Assembly (NCBI GenBank): GCA_030324005.1
Contig: JARDVH010000099.1
Coordinates: forward strand, 48,389,090 to 48,453,089
DNA: 64,000 bases
Source of the DNA: Negaprion brevirostris
Taxonomy: Eukaryota
Direction of reading: 5' to 3'
The position numbers and the translations under genes were made by a program. Shown here in pieces: positions 23,154 to 35,720 of the stretch (its first letter is position 1; every line of letters starts with the position of its first letter). The notes under the pieces were generated by a model. It worked only from the letters and a program-made list of their open reading frames with translations. It was not told where the DNA came from and did not search any database.

Positions 23154-25670
23154 GTAAGGTCCAAGCTNNNNNNNNNNNNNNNNNNNNNNNNNNNNNNNNN
23201 NNNNNNNNNNNNNNNNNNNNNNNNNNNNNNNNNNNNNNNNNNNNNNNNNNNNNNNNNNNNNNNNNNNNNNNNNNNNNNNNNNNNNNNNNNNNNNNNNNNN
23301 NNCCCCCACCCCACTATTGCTGTCTAATTGGAAAGATCGGCGGGAAGCAGATTGTGCCCGCGGCGCCCATCCCGCTCACTTTCTGGGAACGCGGTTCATT
23401 CATTCTGTCTGTCCCACAGCGGGTTCATTACATAGGATCCGCCACAACAACTCATGGGGTTGTTATAAGGTCGGGACTTGACGGGGGGGGGGTGGAATCG
23501 GGAGAAAGTTCCTTACAAGCATTCCTGTAATTGACAAGCGAATCGCCACAACTTGTCATTCTGCTGCTGTGGAATTTGATTGAATTGAGCCTTCGCTTTG
23601 TGACAGTTCACCCCAGCGCCAGGATTTCAGCGGGCTTCTTTTTTTTTAAGAAAATAGATCTTCTCCCCGAATAATAAGTGTTGGTATTAATCGGGAGACG
23701 GTGGAGGTTGTTATTTTGCTGATGTCGAGCAAGACCCCTCCCCAGTATAAAGTGAGCAGTGGCCCCCAGATCTGCTTAGTCAGAGCAACAGCGTCACAGG
23801 GTCAGATGACACGGAGGAGGTTTCCTGTTTGAAAAAAAACTGAAGTTTCCCAATCGCTTGCCTTGCTGCAGTTTTCATTCCGAAGTTCAGTAAGTTGCAG
23901 TGCCTCTGTCTGTACGCAGGATGGAAGCAGTGAGGATGTCAGATCTGACATTCTCTTCGAGTTAAAAGAACCCACTCCTTTTTGTGGTCCCAATCGATTG
24001 TGATGTTCCATTTTCTTTCACTTTAAAGTTTACAGTAGCTCTGAGCATATCAGTTTAAAGTTTATTTATTAGGCTTACGTTAACACTGCAATGAGATTTT
24101 ATATCAGGGCCTTTTCCATTAAGCTGCCAGGGCAGAGTTATACTGCAGGTCCCGCACTGTCTTTCTGATGAACATTTGTCAAAATGAAATATTAGAAAGG
24201 AAAAAAATTGTAAAATACTGTCGGAAAACATAGCATGAAATACCATCACACTATTCCTGAGAACGAAAATGCAAAATGTGTATGCAGTGAAGAAAACCGA
24301 CCAAAATTCACATAAAAATGAGGCAATTCAAACCCGCCGTTATCAAAGGCCGCACAACTGTTAGCAAAACAANNNNNNNNNNGCGGCAATATAATCAGGC
24401 TGGTCTCCTAAAAGAACCCCCCCCCCCCCCCGCCCCCAGCCTGCTTGTTCTTTTGAACCCACGTAGTCTTCGCCATTTGAAATTAATTCTGAAGACATCT
24501 GAAATAAAGGTGCATAGCTTTCAGACTGTGATGTAGTGACATATGTAGAAGTGGATTTGTTCTATATCCAACATGGGATTTATTTTCCAGAAAGGTTACA
24601 AAGCTTTCTCCCATCACTTGCCTAAATTCAATTGTAACAAAATCAGAATGGAAACTGCTTTGTATAGATATAATGCATTGCCGTTAGTGGACTATCTAGT
24701 TTTAATTCTGCACATGACAGGACTTGGAATTCTACATAAATGCAGAAGTCATATCTTCCATGGAATGCANNNNNNNNNNNNNNNNNNNNNNNNNNNNNNN
24801 NNNNNNNNNNNNNNNNNNNNNNNNNNNNNNNNNNNNNNNNNNNNNNNNNNNNNNNNNNNNNNNNNNNNNTAGCTGAGTCTGGTGACTGATTAGCTAATTG
24901 TTACTGAATTCTATTTTGATTATCTGAACATTTCCAACACAGGGGTAATGTTGCTTCTGGACTAATTGAGTTTTCTTTCACATGTTAAGTGGTCCTAGTT
25001 ATTGGCATTGGAAACTCCCAGCAATGACACTGTGTTTGTTATGGAGAATTTCCCAGATAGTACACACAAACCTGTGCACTTAGAGCCATAGCGCAACTAT
25101 AAGGGAACAACAATTATGTAAAAAGAAGAGACTCCCATTTATAAAGCACCTTTTTGTAGTATAAGGGTGTTTGGACAGAGCATGGGTTAATGTGAGACTG
25201 GAGAACTACTGCCCATGATCTGATGTAGATTGTTGCACTGAATCTGGAAGGAACCAGCACTCACACGTGGCTCTACCTTGGAGGTGTATATAATTACGAG
25301 TTGTTAATAAATAGTTTGTGTTCAACCATGAAAGTCTTCAGATCTCTTCCAAGTAACCTTACAATAACTTTCACAACATTGGGATATCCCATTGTACTCA
25401 CTAGTCAATGAAGTACTTTGAGTGTAATCACGATCGTATTGTGGGAAATGGTGACAATAGTAATAGTGACACTGTAACATTAGGTTGAGTAGCAGGTGCA
25501 GTGTATACTGCACAAGGCAAAACTGAACTTGTACTCAGTTTGGCATTACTTTCTAGTCTCCAGCATTAGAAACTGAATGCAATAGCAGTAGTTTTATAAT
25601 TTTCTACCTTTCCCACTCAACTCATTTACAGTACTTTGAGAATCACTTTCTATTGTGGTATTGTTTAAAA

Positions 25671-26070
25671 AAACTTGCATTTATATGATGCTTTTCATGA
25701 TTTCAGGACCTTGCAAAATGCTTTAAATTATTCAACAGTAGTCAATGTTGTGATGTAAGAAACATGGCAGCCAACTTGCTCAAACTCTCTCAAACAGCAG
25801 CATGATAATGATTAGATGATTTAGTTTTATGATATTGATTAAGGAATAAATATTGGCAAAAACCAAGGAGAAATCCTGTATCATTTTTGAAGACAGTGCC
25901 AAGGGATATTTTATGTCCACAGGAGGGACAGACAGGGAATTGATTTGAAGTTTCAGCTCCAACAGTGCATTACTCCCTCAGTACTGCAATGGCACATCAG
26001 CCTAAACTATTGTGCTCCAGTCTCTGGAGTGGTTAAGTCCATACCTTTTGACTCTGAGGCAAGAGTCATA
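25671..26070 (-). mobile_element. Deu-domain SINE (SacSINE1/AmnSINE1-like)
   Basis: Reverse strand: GCAGTACTGAGGGAGTAATGCACTGTTGGAG, GTGGACATAAAATATCCCTTGGCACT, GCCAATATTTATTCCTTAATC, TTGGCTGCCATGTTTCTTACATCACAACATTGACTAC, ATATAAATGCAAGT. Confidence 0.8.
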
Positions 26071-26729
26071 TCAGCATCCATGGCTGATGCTGTGGGCAAA
26101 ATCTTCCCTGCTGATTTCCAAACCCTTCTGTAAGGCTTAAACATTGGCAGGTAAATGATGGAGAAGGTAGTTCAATCTGGAGGCAACCTCCAACTTTTTC
26201 AAAATTTAAATTAAAAAAAAAGGCTTCTGCTGCCAGAGCAACAGGTGTAGGGTTAAGGTTGGCTGGAAGGGCAGGGGTGGAACCCCTGTACAAAGGTGGT
26301 CTGCGGCTGCTGAACCCAAGCAAACAGGAAAAGTCTCTCAGCTTGCCTGGAACACCTTTTTCCTCCTTGATCTGTTGTCAGCAGGCCATCTCTGGGTTCC
26401 AACCATATCCAGGAACCTGGAGGCTAAGTAGAAAATCCTAGTTGTCTTCTGTTAAGAGGCCTTCATGGGTGCCTAATAATAGGTTTGATTGGCTCCCTGT
26501 GCATGAAGGGGGCTTTCTATTCACCCCCCCCCCCCCACCATAAACATNNNNNNNNNNNNNNNNNNNNNNNNNNNNNNNNNNNNNNNNNNNNNNNNNNNNN
26601 NNNNNNNNNNNNNNNNNNNNNNNNNNNNNNNNNNNNNNNNNNNNNNNNNNNNNNNNNNNNNNNNNNNNNNNNNNNNNNNNNNNNNNNNNNNNNNNNNNNN
26701 NNNNNNNNNNNNNNNNNNNNNNNNNNNNN

Positions 26730-27140
26730 AACTCAAATTACAAGATAATGGTTGGAATGTGAGTCTTTACAGGTAATCGAGTCTTAAAGGTAAATGAGTG
26801 GTGAGAGGGCCAAGCACAGGTTAAAGAGGTGTGCATTGCTCCAGCCAGGACTATCTGTAACTCCCGCAACTTAGTGCAAAATCTCACTAACTGTCCTGGC
26901 TGGAGACAATACATACCTCTTTAACCTGTGCTTGCTCACGTTGCCTTGATTACCTCTAAGACTTGATTACCTGTAAAGACTTGCATTCCAACCATTATCT
27001 TATAAATTGAGTTTGTGTCTGTATGTGCCCTGTTTGTGAACACAACTCCTTACCCCTTTGATTAAAGAAGCAAACTCTGAAAGCTTGTGCTGCCAAATAA
27101 ACCTGTTGGACTTTAACCTGGTGTTGTGAGACTTCTTACG
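26730..27140 (+). mobile_element. Penelope-like inverted-repeat insertion, older copy of the family at 14854
   Basis: Arms ~26730-26851 and ~26891-27012 are reverse-complementary; ends GAAAGCTTGTG..AAATAAACCTGTTGGACTTTAACCTGGTGTTGTGAGACTTCTTAC. Confidence 0.8.
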
Positions 27141-28889
27141 GAACAAGGGAATACAGGCTAGATGTACTAACTTAGTGCCCATCCATCTTCCTCCATTACC
27201 AGCTTACACAGGGCCTAAAATTCAAGCCCTGCATGTTAGTAATGTAAATTCCATTCAGAAATATGAAATAATTGTGTGTCATACAGAATGGAAAAGTAAA
27301 TTAGCAAAGTATTTTAATAACATGGTAGCCCTTCAATTGTGGTTGTGTATTTCCTCACTTGTTGAAGAAAAATAGACCATTAATACTTGAATGACCACTT
27401 GTCTGGACTATGAACAGTCAGAATGGAGAAGCTGCAGTGTCGTAGTTACAGTATTGCAGAATAATTGCATCACATTACAGGAAGTTATAAACTAGGAATT
27501 ATCTTGTGTTGGTTATAGGGGAATTTGGTAAAGTAAACTTCAAGGAAATCAAGAACCTTATATAATTGTACATAATTCCAGAGAGAGTCAAGGCTTTTCT
27601 AGATTATGAGTTAGAGGTTAGAACTTTAAAATATGATACTCCGAGTTAAATAGAGTGAGATTCTCTGGCCTCCTGCTTGTGGGAGGTGGTGTGTTGTTCG
27701 CATTTCAAAAAGTTATGATCAACTCAAAATTAGCTATGAAAACAAAGCTGAGAATCCTGGGACGCTACATCATACCAATTTTGACATATGGAATCTAGTG
27801 TTGGACCATTAGTGAAGCAATGCAGGAAAGAATTAAGTTGAAGAGTTGTAGTTTGAGGTATATAATGATATCTTGAACAAGTCCCACAGCCAATGATGAG
27901 CTGCTGGTAAAATCTGAGACCAAAAAAAACTCTGCTAACCAAGATCAGGAAGAGACATTTGGAATTTATTGGGCACATAAGAAATCACAATTCTAAAGGT
28001 CAGATGTTGATGGGAAAAAATTGATGGGAAAAGAGTTCAAGGTAGACAAAGAATGACCTTCTTTAAAGAGCCTCTCAATCTAGATGTATGTACCACAAAA
28101 ATGACCCATGTCTCCAGAGCAAGATTAACACGGAGGTCCATGGTCAATGACACCCTCTCAGAGCATGATATCTGAAGAGAGGGAGAATATAATTAAATGC
28201 AAAATACAATGCATCTTGTTTTAAAGATCATCAAAATAGGGAAAAATCATTTACCCATAAAAATCACTGAATATCAGTAAGACATTCATTCTACTTTGAA
28301 TACTCTTTAAGATTTGTCTATTAATTGACAAGAAAGGATAAACTAATGCATTAGTGTTGTGGATTAACTTTAGTGTGGGACTCTTAATGAAGTAGATCTA
28401 AGGGTAGATTTCCACTCATTTAAATATGATCTTTAAGGGGATGACTATCAGTATCTTGGCTATTATCAATGTGTTAAATGGCTGATGTGTTCAGTGGAGG
28501 AAATTCCACAAACTGTAGTCATTTATCTTTTTTGAGTAATAATGGAAGAGGAAAAATACAATTTGAGTCATTGATAATTAGGAACACTGAGTTTGAAGGC
28601 CAAAAATGAACTTTGACAGTAATTCAAATTAATGAGTTTCAGTGCTTTGTGTTCACTCTTGGGATGTGAATAACTGTTGTATACACAACAAAACATGTCC
28701 CACGAGCAGAGGAGATTCGATAGAGATTTACAATTATGGAAATGCTCAGTAAGATAAATAGAGAAGGACTAGTTCATCTAGTTGGGGAACCACTGACAAT
28801 GGGCCTTACTTTCTTAAGTCAGTGTGAAGTTATGAGAAATTACTTTAATCAGATAGTTGTTGGAACATAAATGTTTTGTTGCGGGGAAA

Positions 28890-29940
28890 AACATAGAAAA
28901 TAGGAGCAGAAGGAGGCCATTTGGCCCTTCAAGCCTGCTTCACCATTTATTATGATCATGGCTTATCATCCAACTCAATAGCCTGATTGCCCTCGCCCTT
29001 GCCCTCTATCTGTGATAGCAAATTCCACAGGCTGATCACTCTGGGTGAAGAAGTTTCTCCTCATCATTGTCCGAAACCTCTATCCTGAATCTTCAGACTG
29101 TGACCTCTGGTTCTGGACACCCCCACCATCGAGAACATCCTCCTTGCATCTGCCCTGCTAGACCTATTAGTATTTTTTAGGTTTCTGAGATCCTCCCCAC
29201 CCCCCCAGCNNNNNNNNNNNNNNNNNNNNNNNNNNNNNNNNNNNNNNNNNNNNNNNNNNNNNNNNNNNNNNNNNNNNNNNNNNNNNNNNNNNNNNNNNNN
29301 NNNNNNNNNNNNNNNNNNNNNNNNNNNNNNNNNNNNNNNNNNNNNNNNNNNNNNNNNNNNNNNNNNNNNNNNNNNNNNNNNNNNNNNNNNNNNNNNNNNN
29401 NNNNNNNNNNNNNNNNNNNNNNNNNNNNNNNNNNNNNNNNNNNNNNNNNNNNNNNNNNNNNNNNNNNNNNNNNNNNNNNNNNNNNNNNNNNNNNNNNNNN
29501 NNNNNNNNNNNNNNNNNNNNNNNNNNNNNNNNNNNNNNNNNNNNNNNNNNNNNNNNNNNNNNNNNNNNNNNNNNNNNNNNNNNNNNNNNNNNNNNNNNNN
29601 NNNNNNNNNNNNNNNNNNNNNNNNNNNNNNNNNNNNNNNNNNNNCACTTACTCAACTTGTCCAAATTACACTGAAGCATCTCTGGATCCTCCGCACAGCT
29701 CACCCTCTCACCCAGGTTTTGTGGCTTCTGCAAACTTGGAGATATTACATTCAGTTTCCTCACCTAAATCATTAATATGTAGTGAATAGCTGGGATCCCA
29801 GCCACACCCCATTAGTCACTGCAGGCATTTGGAAAAAGACCTCTTTGTTTCCTATCTGCCAACCAGTTTTCTATCCATCTCAATACACTACCCCCAATCC
29901 TTTAATTTTAGATGTTTATCGCTTATGTGAGATTTTGTTA
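28890..29940 (-). mobile_element. CR1 LINE 3' portion with central gap
   Basis: Tail ACATAGAAAATAGGAGCAGAAGGAGGCCATT; minus-strand SKFAEATKPG..EDPEMLQCNLDKL. A + strand CR1 relic precedes it (28710-28885). Confidence 0.8.
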
Positions 29941-30179
29941 AAAGTAGCTGAAGCAAAGATTAATGTGCAGCTAAGCAACACTTTGGGAACAGATTAGAGG
30001 AGTAGGATTAGCTTTGAATCCAACAAAGAGAAGAAGGGCCTTCACTATGTTGTAAACCAATATGGTCTAATTGAATTGTGAACAGTACCAACAACAACAT
30101 TGTGTTCCATGCACCGTATTATAAATTGAACAGTTGAACAACACTTAGGAAATTAGATTCTAGGGAAGGACATAATTCT

Positions 30180-31150
30180 TAGGCCATTCAGCCCTTCAAG
30201 CACCACCACCCAGTAAGATTATGGAAGATCTGACAGTGGCTTAACATATGAATTAGGAATAGGCTACTCAGCCCCTCAAGCCTGCTCTACCATTCAGTAA
30301 GATTATGGCTGGTCTGATTTCTTCACATTCCTGCCTACCCCCTATAATCTTTCACCCCTACACCCTACTTATCAAGAATCTATCTACCCTTGCCTTAAAA
30401 ATATTCAAATACTCTGCTTTCGCTGCCTTTTGAGGAAGAGAATTCCAAAGGCCCTCTGAGGGGAAAAATTCTCCTCATCTCTATCTTAAACAGGTGACCG
30501 CTTATCATTAGACATTGACCCCCTGGTTCTAGGTTCTCCCACAAGATGAAACAGCCTCTCTGCGTCCACGCTTTCAATCAAATTGGTCTCAATTCCAGTA
30601 ATTTCAATACATGGTAACATTATGTAACCCTGTTTAGTAATGCAATGTATTCTTACAAACAAGAAAATGAAAACACAGGAACTTTAAATCCTTGGCCACA
30701 TAATTAACTGACGTAAATGCCCAGCAATATGTTGCAGTATTAAAGACCAAATTGAATTTCCTGCAGAGAAACAGGCCATTTGATCCAACCAGGTCTATGC
30801 TAACATTTGTGCTCCCACTTTACTATTTCTAAACCTACTAATATATCTGTCTGTTCTTTTTTGCTTCACAAACTTCCCTATTTGCCCCTTAAATACATCT
30901 ATGCTAATTGCTCAACTACCCTACGGTTTCAATCTCACCACATCCTGTGTTAAGACGTTCCGAATCCTTTCATAATTTTAGAAATCTATCGGGTCACCCT
31001 TCAGTGAGGAGACAAGGGGTTGGTCTGTTTGGTCTTTTCTAGTCATTGTGGCCCCTCAGTTCTGGTATCTTCATTGTAAATTTTTTTTTGCACTTTCTCC
31101 ATTGTTTCTATATCCATTGTGTAAGAAGGAGAACAGAAAAGTACAAAACC
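30180..31150 (-). mobile_element. Cluster of CR1 3' fragments (30180-30240, 30243-30575, 30770-31150)
   Basis: Repeated AGGCCATTCAGCCC tails and decayed CR1 ORF2-end sequence. Confidence 0.7.
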
Positions 31151-32450
31151 TTAATGTCCACAGCTGAAGTCAACGTGGCTACTCTCTCAGATGCCAAATC
31201 ATGATAGCAAAAAAATTAACAAACTTCAAAGAATAAGCAGTTAGACTCATAGTCTAGTTAAATACACTGCTAATGCCTGCAGGAGGAAAAGGAATGAATC
31301 ATGCCAATTGTCTGTTAAAACTGCTTTTAAGATGTACTTTTCTGTGACCTGGTGTATGTGAATCTAGCAATTTTACAAGCAGAATGGTAAGTGCAAACAG
31401 ACACAAATTTGGTGAAAGGGGAGGGAAATTCTTTTTTAATACTTAATGGATTACATCCTGAGTTTCAGAAAAATATATTTTATGGCCACAGCTGCCAGGC
31501 CATCATTTTGGAAAGGAAGCCCCTCCACAGAATGGCCAGAGGCTGCAGCCATGTGATAAAAGGGGAAGGGGAGTATGTATTGGGGGCCACTCAGTCAGCC
31601 ACCTCCAGGCTCCTACTCTGATTTCTCTCATTGGGAGATCTGTCCAGCAATGGCCCCAATCTGCCCATTGACTTATGGATATGTGCTCTCCCACTGCTGG
31701 GAAGGTAAATCTAACCACATCTCCAACAAGACTAGCCAGACGCAAGATCTTGTCAGCCAGCAGATCTAACTGCTTGCTGGTCCCACGGTCAGACTGGTTT
31801 TGATGAAGTGACCCAGATAGTCTCCTGCTGTGTTTGAAGATCCTCCTCACAGCTCCATGAGTAATGACCACAAGCTAGGGAGCATCCCTTTAAGCAGTGC
31901 TTGAAATTGGCATCAATGCTGTGTTTAATACCAGAGTTAGCTGAATCACTGGTCGTGGCAATGCCTCTTTAAGTGCTTACAAGGGTATGTTTTGTGGTAT
32001 TCGACTTCAGGTTGGCTGTGCCCAGTGCTGGCTTCACTTTACCAAATCTTGCTTAAAGCATGAGCTAACCTTCAGCTTAAGGCTCGTCCCTGGCGACTTT
32101 CGATTTTTAAACTTAAAATATTCAGTGCATACCACCACAGTATTTGCTCCAAGTGAAATATCAGCTTGTGCCATTATTTATTCCATGCCTAATAATGACC
32201 AGTCCTCCTCCCCACCTGTATTTACACTGTCCTTTCTTCTGTTCCATTTTGGTAGTGTCCTACATAGCCAGAATGAACCCATGACCAGAATACCATGCTC
32301 TAAAGTTACGCATCCCATTGTACCATTTGACCCCACATGGATCTTGCTCAGAAGTACCCCCTTTTAATACCCAATCTACTCTGCTACCTAGATCAGTTAT
32401 CTGAGCTCCAGGGAAGAATTACACTGTAGCATGTAAGTCTCCCTGCAAAG

Positions 32451-32726
32451 TTAAAGTTTATTTTTATTAGTCACAAGTAGGCTTACATTCGCACTACAAT
32501 GAAGTTGCTGTAAAAATTCCCTAGTCGCCACATTCCGGTGCCTGTTTGGGTATATTGAGGGAGAATTTAGCATGACCTGCACATTTTTGGACAAATGTGG
32601 GAGGAAACCAGAGCACCCGGAGGAAACCCACTCAGACACAAGGAGAATGTAAACTCCACACAGATAATGACCCAAGTCGGGAATCGAACCCGGATGAGAC
32701 AGTAGTGCTAACTGCTGTGCCACCAT
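32451..32726 (-). mobile_element. HE1-like SINE, type-B tail
   Basis: TTTATTAGTCACAAGTAGGCTTACATTCGCACTACAATGAAGTT..GTGGGAGGAAACCAGAGCACCCGGAGGAAACCCAC..GTGCCACC. Confidence 0.88.
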
Positions 32727-34764
32727 GCAAAAGTTATAAATCAAAAAGGAAGCCCCTGACAAAAAGAGGTGGTTACATTTGCATTCTGGGGCTGCCTACT
32801 CTTTCACCTACTGTGTATTTGATCTAAATGTGATTATGTTTGAAACTGGAGCCAGCTACTTTGTCTCCTACTTCTATCCTTTACTTTTAAACACACAGAA
32901 AAAATCCAATTTTGTTTGATGCAGCTATGGTATTTAGTAGCCAATATTTTAACATTAAAATTTCCAACTATTTAGGACTTGTGTTGCCAATTAAAGTTTT
33001 TATAGAGCCAATGATAGCAAGGCTGCCTGTGTGGAGGTGATCAAGAATAGTCCTCTTTGCCCAGCTACCATGTTGTTGGCATTTCCTGTGACAATTAGTA
33101 CTTCCAACGGGCATTAGAGTACTGTTGCCATCAGAAGCATTGCCAAGATCCATGGCTTGTGGTAAACACCACAATAACAGCTACGTTTACACCTGTAGCC
33201 AATAACTACAGCAGTGCAGTTGACACACATTCCCAAAATAAATGGGAGCATGATGAGGAAAATCTGCAGACATGACATTTCACTGTCTTTCCTATGTGGA
33301 GGTGGTGCCCTGCTGGGTTGGATGCCCAGAGGCTGTGTATCCATCATCAGTTTTCACATTGACATGCTGAAGAGAGATAATAGGCATCAAGTGCCATCAG
33401 TTTAAAAAAAATGGCATTAGCTCCAGATTATTTAATAAACTCAGTCTTTAGGGGTATTACAACTTGCAACAAGACATCTGTTTGAAAAATGTGTTGAGTG
33501 GTTATGTTTTATACTGTAGAGTCTTCTAGATTGCTAGAGGGCTCATTTCTATCAATTTTGGTTCTGAATGCCAAGTGCAATGCGAGGCAGCAGTCATATA
33601 AATGAGTGGCTGCTGATTTCACACCAAGTTACTGGCAGAAATCTTAATTAACTGTCACTCTCATGTGCATGTTAAAGATAGTGCCCTTCCTGTTGTTGGA
33701 TCTAGCCTTGTGCTGCAAGATCTGCTACTGTTGATTTATTGCTGTGTGAGAACTTGCAAGTAAACCTAAACTCTGCAAATTGATTCTTCTAGTAAATGTA
33801 TCTAGATTGCTTTTCAAACAATCATTGTGGTATAATTAGGTCTTCCCCAATCTGTGTTGGGACATTTTGTACTCCAGCTGATTAATATCTGGTGCAGTGT
33901 TTTATTTATTTTCAGTTTGCTTTCCGGTTTGGCTGGACTGGTTGCGTCAGCAATGTCTTGCAGCATCTATTCATCTATCTATAGATCTGTGCCCTGCCTG
34001 CTGCTCTACAGGATGACAATGCATCTCTTAAACAGGAGTGGGGGTTGCCCAAATCCTCAGATGAGGAGTGGCCTCCAACTCAATTTACATCACTGGTGGG
34101 GCTTCCTGAAGGCACAATGTGGGCACATCCACCGTACATAGGCTGGATGTTTAAACTTCCGATTGCTGGTTTTACCCCTGCCTGGATTGTTCTGTGATTC
34201 CAACAGCAGTGGGATTAGATGGTCAGGACCATGCAACCTCTTCCCCCCAACAATATTCACCACCCTCACCTGACATCTTGCCCTAACCCTGGCTCCTGTA
34301 TAGTTGATGTCTGGAAGTGAATATTGTATGTGTATGGCTGTGGGGGGGAGGGGGTGGGGATGGGGGTGGGGGGGAGAGAGAGGTGAACTGTCTGGGATGG
34401 GAAGGGGTGAATACTATCAGGGAGGGAGTGGGGGCAGATGAACACTAGGGTGAAGATGGAAACAAACAGTGTCAGATGTTGGGGGGCTGTACATTTCAGG
34501 TCTGGGGGAGAGGCAAACATTGAGAGGTGAACATTATCCACGGTGGGGGCATTGTGCAGTGTTAGTGTTGACAGCTCAATTTAAAACCATAAAAGTCAAT
34601 GAACTGAATTCACAACTTCAGTCTTCAGTTCATGGCAATGAAAAGGGACATGACTGTGCTGGAATTACACTCACCACTTGGCCTACCAATTCTGTTTGTC
34701 TCTACACCCCTGCTGGAGAAGGTGCAAAGGCTGCAGTGCAAAATGGTAAGACCGGTACCAAAGA

Positions 34765-35720
34765 AAATCCAGGCAGTGCCTTAATGACTATAGTCTGGTG
34801 GCTTTGACATCCATTATTATGGAGTGCTTCGAAAGGTTTATTCATGGCACAAATCCATTCCAGATTGCCAGGATCTACTATAGTTCATCTACCGTCACAA
34901 TAGGTTCACAGCAGACACCATTTCCCTGGCCCTGCACTCAATCCTAAGACACCTATGTCAGGCTCCCATTTATTGATGACAGCTCTGCCTTTGACACCAG
35001 TATTCCTACAAAACTCATCTCCAAACTCTGTGGCCTGGGACTCAGCTCCTCCCTCTGCTGGATCCTGAATTTCCTAACTCACAGACTGCAATCAGTAAGG
35101 ATAGGCAACAACACCTCCTCTGCAATCATCCTNNNNNNNNNNNNNNNNNNNNNNNNNNNNNNNNNNNNNNNNNNNNNNNNNNNNNNNNNNNNNNNNNNNN
35201 NNNNNNNNNNNNNNNNNNNNNNNNNNNNNNNNTGCCCTCAGCCCCTTACTATACTCCTTATATACCTATGACAGTGTGGCCCAATTCCCTTCCAATTTGA
35301 TTGTCAAGTTTACTGACAACAGCGCCACAGTGGGTCAGATCTCAAAAATGAGGAGACAGAGTACAGGAATGAGATACAGAACCTGATGTGATGACAATAA
35401 TCTCTGCCTGGGAAAAGCAGCCAGCATTATTAAGAACCCCATGCACCCCAGATGTACTCTCTTCCATCAGGAAAAAGATACAAACGTCTGAGTACTTGTA
35501 CCAACTGACTCAAAAACAGCTTCTTCCCTGCTGCCATCAGACTTTTGAGTGGACCTACCTCACACTAAGTTGATCTTTATCTACACCCTAGCTATGACTG
35601 TAACATTGCATTCTACACTCTCTCCTTTCCTTCTGTATGTGTGCTTTGTCTGTATGTTGCACAAGAATCAATACTTTTCACCTTACACTCATACATATGG
35701 TGATGATGGATCAAATCATT
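34765..35720 (+). mobile_element. Rex1/Babar-type LINE, internally deleted copy
   Basis: Homologous to 15660-16180 and then jumps to 18030-18340 sequence at ~35400. Confidence 0.85.

Larger units (their letters stand above)
20800..24500. promoter_or_regulatory. CpG-retaining, repeat-poor domain around the ATF3 promoter
   Basis: Visibly more CG dinucleotides than the rest of the window and almost no recognisable TE fragments (judged by eye, not computed). Confidence 0.6.

Noticed and set aside
29167-29763. 198-aa and 156-aa ORFs
   Set aside because: Almost entirely N, inside a CR1 relic.
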